A DNA stretch of 30,743 nt from Xanthobacteraceae bacterium (GCA_041491825.1 JBGPVT010000001.1:1-30743); one strand, 5' to 3'. Counted from the first letter of the stretch, positions 19,071 to 27,283 are shown. Translations and numbers: made by a program. The notes: generated from the sequence alone by a model not told the origin.

Positions 19071-19278
19071 GGTCGCCGGCAATGCAACAATGGGCATAGC
19101 CGCGACCGCGGGCAACGCGCGTTTCAACATAACACGCTCCGTTCGCTGCCCATGACAAGACAATTCACGCGGCGAAAGGAAACTACGCAGATGCTCGATC
19201 GCTGAAAGTCGGCGGACGGCAGTTCTGATCCGGTCGGCCGACATCGGAATGGCGCGCTGGAGGAGCGGTCGAAAAATT

Positions 19279-19355
19279 TGGTCGGAGTGGCAGGATTTGA
19301 ACCTGCGACCCCCTCGTCCCGAACGAGGTGCGCTACCAGGCTGCGCTACACTCCG
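19279..19355 (-). tRNA. tRNA-Pro(CGG)
   Basis: CGGAGTG acceptor, CCTCG-TTCGGGA-CGAGG anticodon arm, GGTTCAAATCC T-arm, encoded CCA; 77 nt. Confidence 0.97.
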
Positions 19356-19454
19356 ACCGTGCGTTCCCTTAGCAGGCGACCTTGACCCCTTCAAGCCAGC
19401 GCCCCATTCCAGGACATTGAATAGCGCCGCCAAGCACGGCAGATTGCGCCAAGT

Positions 19455-19529
19455 TGGGGCGTAGCCAAGTGGTAAGGCAGCGGATTTTGATTCCGCCATT
19501 CCCAGGTTCGAATCCTGGCGCCCCAGCCA
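19455..19529 (+). tRNA. tRNA-Gln(TTG)
   Basis: TGGGGCG acceptor, GCGGA-TTTTGAT-TCCGC anticodon arm, GGTTCGAATCC T-arm, encoded CCA; 75 nt. Confidence 0.97.
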
Positions 19530-19606
19530 ACCAGTCCGGTCTCCACGACTGGTCCGTTTATATCGTGAGAATTCGCGCCGTTGCGGGGCTTTTGGCGTCG
19601 GGTGGG

Positions 19607-19712
19607 CAGTCTCTGGACTCCCGAATTATGAAATCGGTCGACAATTCTGCCGGAAGTCTCCGGAGACATTCGGCGATATTCCCAAATTTTTGGAAACGTA
19701 AGCCAGAGACTG
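19607..19712. repeat. Symmetric GTCTC/GAGAC inverted-repeat structure after tRNA-Gln
   Basis: CAGTCTCTGG (19607-19616) and CCAGAGACTG (19703-19712) flank the perfect palindrome GTCTCCGGAGAC (19656-19667). Confidence 0.6.
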
Positions 19713-19995
19713 GTTCGATCGTCGACTGCATGGTCGGGGTGTCAGCTTTAATGGGGGCGGTCTTAAGCTACGACTGCACCAATGACGCGCCTGACCCAAT
19801 AACTGGCGCTCCCTGCGTAGCGGCAAGCGTCTAAAATATGCAGCAGCTAATCACTGAGAGGCCCTTTGGTAAAAAACCGTCACAAAGCGAAAACCGAGAA
19901 AATCTGACAAGCGCCAATATTGGTGCAAACGAAGCTGGCGCTTGGTCTGAAAACGTTTTTAAAAAGATTGTGCCACCCAAACGAAAGCGATCTAG

Positions 19996-20613
19996 CTAAG
20001 TTCCGAATCCGATATTCCCCGTCGTAAGAGAATAGGGACGTATCTTTACATCGATAACTAATCTCGCATCGTTTCTTGCATTGTTTCCTTCAAGGCCCTG
20101 CTTTGTCGGCTCTAACAACATGTCCGTTGTGACGGATACATGCGAAATCAGCTTGTCATCCTCCAACAGGCAATAGAATGGGGTCTCGCCCTCACTCGGC
20201 GTTTGATGATTTTTGCCAAGTTGGCCGCTATCACTCGGCTTCTTTAGCGCGTCAAAGACTGTCTTTAGACGGCTATCGATGTCGGCAGACTGAATGACGT
20301 TTCCCGGCGGCGTTGCGCGCAAGAAAAGAATATCCAGTGAACAAAGAAGCGCCAGTTCTTCTCTTACCAGCGGGACAAATCGATAATCTCCGAGGAGATA
20401 TCTTTGTGCCAATCCTTCCCGCATCGGCAAATTAGGATCGATATTGGGAGCATTCACGTAACTTCCGTGCTTCATTTCAGCGAGTCACGTAGTGTCCCAT
20501 AATTTTTTCAGTTGCCGATGAAAAACGCGGCGCAGTTCCTGCTTATGGTCGGGGCGCATGTCATCCCGACCGGAACCCATCAAAATCTCCTCGTAGGTCA
20601 GATGAAATTGCAT
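19996..20613 (-). pseudogene. RusA-like nuclease-fold protein interrupted by an in-frame TGA (20485-20487)
   Basis: ATG 20613 has GAGGAGG RBS; ORFs 20485..20754 and 19996..20475 are in the same frame, separated by TGA-CTC-GCT-GAA; DIDSRLKTVFDAL...EDD motif. Confidence 0.6.
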
Positions 20614-20797
20614 GAAATCACCCTCCTCGACCCGATAATCTGGGTCTGAGCATAGGATGATTTTTGCGCGCGCGACGTCACTCAACCCCAAGCAATTGGG
20701 GATAGGTAAGGGAAGTATAATAACGCCCTGCGTAGTCGCCTCTTGACGTAACATTCTGATTGCGTTCCTCTTTGGAACTTAAGGAAGGGGAATGTTC

Positions 20798-21004
20798 ATG
20801 GCTACAGGTACCGTTAAATGGTTCAACGCCCAAAAGGGATTTGGCTTCATTCAACCGTCGGATGGCGGTAAGGACGTCTTCGTCCATATTAGTGCCGTCG
20901 AGCAGGCAGGTCTTTCGAACCTGGCCGAAGGCCAAAAGGTTTCTTACGACGTGGTGACGACCGATCGCGGCAAGACCGCAGCGGGCAACCTCAAGGCGAT
21001 GTGA
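20798..21004 (+). CDS. cspA: Cold-shock protein (CspA family), island copy
   Basis: RNP1 KGFGFI, RNP2 VFVHIS; 60/68 aa identical to 17827..18033; symbol denotes the family. Confidence 0.95.
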   Translation: MATGTVKWFNAQKGFGFIQPSDGGKDVFVHISAVEQAGLSNLAEGQKVSYDVVTTDRGKTAAGNLKAM

Positions 21005-21009
21005 TGTCC

Positions 21010-21031
21010 GCGGTGGCGCTCGCGCTACCGC
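21010..21031. terminator. GC-rich hairpin between the convergent csp and recombinase genes
   Basis: GCGGTGGCG-CTCG-CGCTACCGC. Confidence 0.45.
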
Positions 21032-21079
21032 AGCATCAAGTACTGATTTTGCGGCGTCGAAAATATTCCATAATGGACG

Positions 21080-22663
21080 TTATGCGGCGCCGAATCGATC
21101 GACCTGTTTTGACCCACCGCTGAGTCCGCACGCCTGGATCTGTGCGGTCCACGATAGCACCGCTGCCCTTTTAAGGCTCTTTAGGTTCATGGAAGCTGGC
21201 TGCCTGCCGTCGAGAATTGCCGACGTGATGGTTGGGGCAAGAAATGCGAACCGCGACATTTCGCGAATGACCTTAGGATGGAGGTCTATGGCCGCGGCTA
21301 AGTCCTCGATCGCTTCATATTGACCACTTTCAAGCGTTCGAAGCCAGTAATGAGCTCGAGCAATTGCTTGAATTAGAACTTGGCTTTGTTTTTTCGCCGC
21401 GCGTTCATCGTCCCCTTCAAGTCGAGCACTTGATTTAAACGGCATTTGCCAGGGAATTGAGAATTCAGTCTGATCGGTATTCTCGCCGTTTTCTTTAAAC
21501 GTAATACGGATTGCCTCCTTTGAAAGCACGATGCGCGCTACGCACTTGTTCAGGAGTTCGCCATCAGATTTGGTAACTCCATCCACTGCCCAAGAACGCA
21601 CGGCAGCAACCACTTTCGACTCGATCGCCGGCGCTGAAGCGCGCGCAAGTGATCCAACGCTTTCCCGCTTACCCCGTAGGAGCGCGGAACTTACGTAGTA
21701 GCGATGTCGAACATTGTTCTTTGTGGAAAAACTCGGGCTCATCCGATTACCGCAGTCGTCGTACAATAGACCATCCAGAATTGATTCACTTTCGGAACGC
21801 TTGACGCGCCGTTCGATCGAGTTGCTTTTCAAAAGTGCTTGAACTTCATCAAATGTCTTAAGGTCGATGATGGGCTCATGCTCACCGGAAAAAGATGCGT
21901 CTCGATGGGTAGTCTTTCCAATATAGACTCGGTTCTTGAGAAGATAGGCGAGGGGACCATACGTGAATGGGATGCCGCCTACCGTCTTTTTGTCCGTCAA
22001 GAGTCCTTTCTTTGTGAAAATCTGTTTTGAATTCAGATCATCGACAAGCGTTCGAAGAGACTTCGCCTCGATATATTGATCAAAAATGTAGCTGACAGTT
22101 TTCGCGTCGGATTTATTTATCACGAGTTTCTTGTCAACGGCATCATAGCCGAGCGGAACGCTTCCCCCCATCCATTTCCCCTTTTTGCGTGAGGCGGTAA
22201 ACTTGTCGCGGACGCGCTCGGAAGATAATTCTCGTTCGAACTGGGCAAATGAAAGAAGGACGTTGAGTGTTAGTCGTCCCATAGAAGTCGTCGTATTGAA
22301 TTGCTGCGTTACCGCAACGAAGGACACCGAGCAGGTGTCGAAGATTTCGACAAGCTTAGCAAAATCGGCGAGTGAGCGGGTGAGACGGTCGATCTTGTAA
22401 ACGACAATCACGTCGATTAACCCGGCCTCGATATCCTTGAGCAAACGTTTAAGCGCAGGTCGCTCCATGTTGCCACCGGAATAGGCAGGATCGTCGTAGC
22501 GCTGCGGCAGAGTCTTCCAGCCTTCATGCGCTTGCGATTTAATGTAGGCTTCACAAGCCTCTCGCTGCGCGTCGAGTGAATTGAATTCAAGCTCGAGTCC
22601 ATGCTCGGTGGATTTCCGGGTATAGATCGCGCATCGGATTAGTTTAGTCGCGGCCGATTTCAT
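21080..22663 (-). CDS. Large serine recombinase (resolvase + recombinase domains)
   Basis: CAIYTRKST (catalytic Ser), YDDPAYSGGNMERPAL, VYKIDRLTRS, FAQFERE, GGSVPLGY, YIGK..HEPII. Confidence 0.93.
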   Translation of the reverse strand: MKSAATKLIRCAIYTRKSTEHGLELEFNSLDAQREACEAYIKSQAHEGWKTLPQRYDDPAYSGGNMERPALKRLLKDIEAGLIDVIVVYKIDRLTRSLADFAKLVEIFDTCSVSFVAVTQQFNTTTSMGRLTLNVLLSFAQFERELSSERVRDKFTASRKKGKWMGGSVPLGYDAVDKKLVINKSDAKTVSYIFDQYIEAKSLRTLVDDLNSKQIFTKKGLLTDKKTVGGIPFTYGPLAYLLKNRVYIGKTTHRDASFSGEHEPIIDLKTFDEVQALLKSNSIERRVKRSESESILDGLLYDDCGNRMSPSFSTKNNVRHRYYVSSALLRGKRESVGSLARASAPAIESKVVAAVRSWAVDGVTKSDGELLNKCVARIVLSKEAIRITFKENGENTDQTEFSIPWQMPFKSSARLEGDDERAAKKQSQVLIQAIARAHYWLRTLESGQYEAIEDLAAAIDLHPKVIREMSRFAFLAPTITSAILDGRQPASMNLKSLKRAAVLSWTAQIQACGLSGGSKQVDRFGAA

Positions 22664-23173
22664 CGGGCATCATCTCGTGCTTCTGATGCTTGAGACTGGT
22701 ATTTCGCCTTGTCGTCTAGCGTTGATTTTCGCAGACCGAAGAAGCGCGGTCCGTTCCAACGAGCGCCGGTGATTGTTCGGGCGATTTCGGAAAGGCTCGT
22801 GTAGTTCTGCTCCTCGTAGCTAACCCCCCCCATCGACGACCGTTACGCGATAGGTCTTTCCTTTCCATTCGCGAATGAGAATTGCGCCGGCCTTGATTCT
22901 GCGGGGTAATTCGATGCGCCCGCTGGGCGTCTTAGAAATCGCTTTGATCAGCCGATCAAGCTCGCCGCGAGCCGAAGAAGGAAGCCCGCCGAATGCTTTT
23001 TCCTGAAGGCGATATGCAATTGTTCGGCGCAATAGATCAGGGCCAAATGCGGAAGGAGGCTCCTTCCGATAGAGTTCGCGGTAACGATATCGAAGTTTAC
23101 CGATCGTTAGCGGCGGCAGAAGATTCAGTTCTGCTTCAATATCGGCATCAGCCATTTTTTCCAGAGCTTGCAT
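22660..23173 (-). pseudogene. DUF2924 protein frameshifted in a G8 homopolymer (22824-22831)
   Basis: Frame stops at ..VTVVDGGG* (22820); with G7 it continues VSYEEQNYTSLSEIARTITGARWNGPRFFGL.. to TGA 22660 overlapping the recombinase ATG (170 aa). Confidence 0.8.
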
Positions 23174-23336
23174 CGGTTACTATCCCCTCGCGGCGGTGCT
23201 GCACATGCATGCTCCGGAGGGGTCAAAAAGCCAGCAGCTAGAAGGTGCTGCTTGCACCCATAGCGGGAAATTGCGCCCTACAACGGCACAATTTGTTGAG
23301 CGCAAAATTCTAGTAGGTCACCGGACCACCCGGTCA

Positions 23337-24762
23337 TCAACGGGTGTGATAAATTCCAAAACTAGCCATGGAGGGCGTAGGAGCGAAGGCTCTCTTTAGT
23401 GCCTGGGAGAAGGCATCGACTTGATCGTTATTTCTGCCTTGCGGGAACCCCAGTAGCTCACGCCGAAATTCCTCGAGCCAACTCGCATGTCTGGGCACTA
23501 ATACAGCCCCAGCCTCAATGGGAGCGGTCTGCGCGCTCATACGCAGCACCTTGTCGCCGTCCGGAGTTATCGGAATTGCATGGATATCCATTTGCTTAAG
23601 ATCCTGAATTAGACTCATACCGGAACCCTTATTCTCGGTGATCAATACATAGTTCGCGGTCATCGGTCGCCAATGCCGATGTAACTCGATAGCTTTTTTC
23701 TTAAGTCCTGGAAAATCTAGCCGCGCCCGGAATACGTCGAGCAGGTATACCGTTTCGCGTCGAACCAGCAGCACGACGCAAGCAGAATAATCGGCAAGCT
23801 CGCCGCTGCTCATCGCAGTATCCCAGCTGACGATGATGCGATCCGTTGGTCCCGGCGTAGCGGGAGCGTCGTAGAACTTAAACCAAGACCATTTGACGAG
23901 GTTGCCTCCAATCGGAATCGGCGTCTGCTGGTATTGTGCCGCGAATCCGAGCGAGCCCATCGCTCGCTTAAGTTCGTCGAGCGCCGCCAATGACTCCCTT
24001 TCGGGATGGAGCAACACTTCCGGCCGCGCGACGATAAATCCGCCCACCTCCTAGTGGTATGGTCTCGTCCGTTTCGGCGATAGCTGGGAGGTTAAGGTGA
24101 GTCCAGCCGCCCTGATCGAGCAGATGGCCGACGAGGTCTTCTGGATGCAGACGCTGCATCACTAAGATGATGGCGTCATCGACCTTGCTGTCGAGGCGCG
24201 ACAGGAGTGTGTTCGAGTACCACTGGAGGACGTTCTCGCGCGTCGTTTCCGATTGGGCATCCTGTGGCTTCATCGGATCATCGATGACGATCAAGTTGCC
24301 GCCGCGCCCGGTCAGGGTGCCTCCTACCGAGGTCGTAAGCCGGAATCCGCGTGCGGTGGTCATGAACTCGAATTCCGTATCTTTCGTGCTGCTGATGCGG
24401 GTGCCGGGAAATAACCGGCGATAGAGCGATGAGCGCATCAATGCTCTGCAGTCGTTGGCGTGCTTACGGGCAAGCACTTCGGAATAGCTCACGCAAATAA
24501 TCCGTCGTGTCGGATCGTGTCCCAACACGAACGCCGGCAGGGCAACGGACGCGCAAATTGACTTCAGGCTTCGCGGTGGGATCGTAATGATGAGCCGGCG
24601 CGTCTCGCCCCGGATAACCTTGGTCAGCGCAGAGGTCATGGCCTCAAGGTGCCAGTTGAGCATAAGCTCGCTCCCTCCCGACATGATCCGGAAGACCGCC
24701 TGCAGGAAGGCATAAAGGTCCGTGCGCATCGCCGCGTCGACGAGGAGGCGATGCTCCTTCAT
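23337..24762 (-). pseudogene. Phage terminase large subunit-like gene split by a frameshift near 24021
   Basis: ORF 23968..24762 carries ATPase motifs (IPPRSLKS, LIVIDDP, VMQRLH); ORF 23337..24047 carries the RNase H-like nuclease (SWDTA, DYSA, NDQVDAFSQA); joined product about 474 aa. Confidence 0.8.
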
Positions 24763-25268
24763 GGCTTGTCTCCCAGCGGTGTGGAAGCGCCTGCCGACTT
24801 GGGAGTCTCGTCCGCCTCGTTAGTTTGGCTTTCCGAGCGACTGGGTTCGACCCCGTGCCGCATTAAAAAGTCTGCCAGTATCGCCTCATCGGCGGCGCTA
24901 ATATTCCCATCGACACTTTCCTCACCTTGACCCTCCCCGCGCTCGATACTCAGCATGAGGTTGACCATCCGGAGGATCTTAGGATCACCGTTCAGTGCTC
25001 GTCTGAAGGCCGAACGAACGAGCGCCTCAAGGTTCGACATACGTAATTCGCGTTCGCCTTCCCGAATTTTAATCTGTTCCTTCATTACCTTCGCCACGGT
25101 GGCGTGTAACGTAGGAGGCCGCCGGGGGCGTCCTTTTGGATTACCCGACTGATTTGGTTTAAAGCGCGTTTCCTTCGGCGGTTTTCCAAAACCCACGCGA
25201 TAGGGTTTCTTTTCAGAGTCGTCGGATTGATTCTCGGACACTTTTTTATTTTCTTTTTCGCGCGCCAT
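24759..25268 (-). CDS. DUF5681 domain protein (occupies the small-terminase position)
   Basis: YRVGFGKPPKETRFKPNQSGNPKGRP motif; ATGA overlap with the TerL start. Confidence 0.85.
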   Translation of the reverse strand: MAREKENKKVSENQSDDSEKKPYRVGFGKPPKETRFKPNQSGNPKGRPRRPPTLHATVAKVMKEQIKIREGERELRMSNLEALVRSAFRRALNGDPKILRMVNLMLSIERGEGQGEESVDGNISAADEAILADFLMRHGVEPSRSESQTNEADETPKSAGASTPLGDKP

Positions 25269-25273
25269 TGCCG

Positions 25274-26728
25274 TTACCTATCCTCGACGGTTGGATCGGT
25301 AACTGCCGATTGAGACCGATGGCTCGCAACTTCTTCGAAAACCAAACCTGTCTCGACGTGGACAGCGTCCTTGCCGCTAATGGCTTGCCAGCGCCGAATT
25401 GCGACATCGACGTAGCGTGGGTCGATTTCCATCCCGCGGGCCTGCCGGCCGACACGTTCTGCTGCAAGCAGCGTCGTGCCCGAGCCGCAGAAGGTATCGA
25501 GGACGATTTGGTTTCGGTGTGTGCAGTCCTTAATGGCATCGGCAACCAAGCTTACCGGCTTGACTGTTGGGTGAGCGCGCAAGTCGTCCATCCGCCCGGT
25601 GCGAAACGTATTAGTGCCGGCGTATTTCCAGACGTTGCTTCGCGAGCGGCCGTGACGGCCGAGTTCGACCGTATTGAGGTGAGGCGAGGGGCCAACTCGA
25701 AACACGCCAATTAGCTCGTGCTGGCTACGGTAGAAACTGCCTTGTCCGGCGTTAGATTTCACCCAGGTCACAAGGTTGAGCATCGAGTGATAAACCGCGC
25801 GGCCGGCCGTAACGAGTTCTCCGATGTGGCGCCAATCCATGCACACGAAATGCACGGCACCATCGATCGAGACCTGGGCTGCTAGGGCGAGCGATTCAGT
25901 GAGGAAGGTCGTGAAGGCTTGCTGGGACATCTCGCCAGAGGCCATCGCGAATTCCCCGTGCTTAACGCGTCCCCGTCCGACGACGCTCCGAATAGCTACG
26001 TTGTAGGGCGGATCGAGAAATGCCACATGGGCGCGCTCGAACCCCATGAGCCGGTTCAGGTGAGTGGAATCGCGCGCATCGCCGCACAGAAGGCGATGCT
26101 TGCCGAGCTGCCATAGGTCACTGGGTCGGGTGACAGCCGGACCGGCAAGGTGCGACGGGTCGATGTCATCGGCAGGATCGGCTGCTTCGTCTTCGAAGTC
26201 AGCTAGGAGGACATCGATTTCCGCTGGCTCAAAGCCGGTGACCGTAATATCCAAGCCATCCTCGACGAGAAGCTCCGGCAAGCTCACAAGTTCGCTCGCC
26301 AAGCGTTCTCGGTCCCAGCCGGCGCTTTGCGCAATTCGGTTGTCGGCCAGAAGCAGCGCCCGCTTCCTGGCCTCGGTCAGGCCATCGATGACGATAGCCG
26401 GAACGGCCTTGAGCCCCAACATCCTTGCAGCTTCGAGCCGCCCGTGACCGCCAAGAAGCAAACCGTTCTCATCTATGAGTACAGGTGATGTAAATCCGAC
26501 AGCGCAGATGCTGTTTGCAATTTGGCGTATCTGCTTCTTCGAATGCGTATGCGCGTTGAGTGGATGCGCCTTGATCTGCTCGACTGCGACTGCCGCGGTT
26601 TGACGAATTTGGTTCTGGGTCAGGAAACGCGCATTGTGCGCGCGCGATTCTAATGGGGAAAAGTAACCTTCATCGACATGCAGTTTGCCAAGTTGTAGGT
26701 CGGGCTTTTCGTTCTTTGGAAATACCAT
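25274..26728 (-). CDS. ParB/Srx N-terminal domain fused to an N6/N4 DNA methyltransferase (beta class)
   Basis: ParB-like NAHTH..GF..PVLID..GHGRLEAA; motif IV LDPPYN before motif I DTFCGSGTT; HPTVKP; start uncertain. Confidence 0.9.
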   Translation of the reverse strand: MVFPKNEKPDLQLGKLHVDEGYFSPLESRAHNARFLTQNQIRQTAAVAVEQIKAHPLNAHTHSKKQIRQIANSICAVGFTSPVLIDENGLLLGGHGRLEAARMLGLKAVPAIVIDGLTEARKRALLLADNRIAQSAGWDRERLASELVSLPELLVEDGLDITVTGFEPAEIDVLLADFEDEAADPADDIDPSHLAGPAVTRPSDLWQLGKHRLLCGDARDSTHLNRLMGFERAHVAFLDPPYNVAIRSVVGRGRVKHGEFAMASGEMSQQAFTTFLTESLALAAQVSIDGAVHFVCMDWRHIGELVTAGRAVYHSMLNLVTWVKSNAGQGSFYRSQHELIGVFRVGPSPHLNTVELGRHGRSRSNVWKYAGTNTFRTGRMDDLRAHPTVKPVSLVADAIKDCTHRNQIVLDTFCGSGTTLLAAERVGRQARGMEIDPRYVDVAIRRWQAISGKDAVHVETGLVFEEVASHRSQSAVTDPTVEDR

Positions 26729-26998
26729 GGTGCAGCTCCGATAGGGTGCGGAGCCGCCAAATAAAAAAGCGGGCCTCCGCGATGATTACCTAAGACCCTG
26801 CCAAGCAGAGCCTCAGACCCATCGGGCGTCCCGCCCTTACTTAGACGCTACCTGCCTTACGATTGCATCCCGCGCACGTAAGACACTGGCGCCAGGCATC
26901 ATCGTTATCAATTAGAACTGATGATATTTCAAGAGAAAAAGTCGTATTTGAATCCAAAACATTCGCGGAATCTGCCTTACGATGATTTTTTACAAGCA

Positions 26999-27031
26999 AA
27001 ATTCCCTGTTCTGCGCCTAAATTTCCTGTTC
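26999..27031 (+). repeat. Direct repeat AAATT(C/T)CCTGTTC x2, 20-bp period
   Basis: 26999-27011 AAATTCCCTGTTC and 27019-27031 AAATTTCCTGTTC. Confidence 0.6.
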
Positions 27032-27128
27032 CTTTCTGCGCGTTTAAAATAGCTCCGCGCGATCGATAATTCGGAGTTATTTGCCATTCGCGTCGAAAAT
27101 CATCGTCGACGATATCCAAATCCCACAC

Positions 27129-27164
27129 TCACTGATCGACTTTTCATAATTTTCCGATCAGTGA
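27129..27164. repeat. Perfect 10-bp inverted repeat with 16-nt AT-rich spacer
   Basis: TCACTGATCG-acttttcataattttc-CGATCAGTGA. Confidence 0.6.
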
Positions 27165-27209
27165 CTAGAGTTCTGGCGTGCGAATTGAGTTTAGTGAGCG
27201 AGATGATCA

Positions 27210-27283
27210 ATGTCCGCTTTGCCCCCAAAAGCGGATGTTCGACCGTGGTCGCGGAATGTTCGCTATGTGCCACAAGCAGACAT
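27210..27283. repeat. Degenerate double-hairpin ATGTCCGCT...AGCGGACAT-type repeat
   Basis: ATGTCCGCTTTgccccCAAAAGCGGATGT and ATGTTCGCT..AGCAGACAT; resembles a common Rhizobiales intergenic repeat (recalled, unverified). Confidence 0.55.

Larger units (their letters stand above)
19530..27200. mobile_element. tRNA-Gln-adjacent integrative element (serine recombinase/DUF2924/TerL/DUF5681/ParB-MTase module plus cargo); right boundary uncertain and the island may extend past the window
   Basis: Begins at the tRNA 3' end, visibly AT-richer than 1-18 kb, co-oriented phage-like gene module, repeat-rich non-coding ends. Confidence 0.7.

Noticed and set aside
18921-19834. ORFs 18921..19499, 19249..19464, 19391..19669 and 19454..19834
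   Set aside because: They overlap the two tRNA genes and translate tRNA sequence
20485-20487. Selenocysteine recoding of the in-frame TGA
   Set aside because: The position is not a redox-Cys-like context and no convincing SECIS hairpin is evident downstream; a nonsense mutation is simpler
20614-20754. N-terminal extension of ORF 20485..20754
   Set aside because: The strong RBS lies before ATG 20613, so the upstream part is probably non-coding
25268-25714. 148-aa plus-strand ORF resembling frequently auto-annotated hypothetical proteins
   Set aside because: Antisense shadow of the methyltransferase C-terminus
19530-27200. Complete prophage
   Set aside because: No portal, capsid, tail, lysis or replication genes are recognisable
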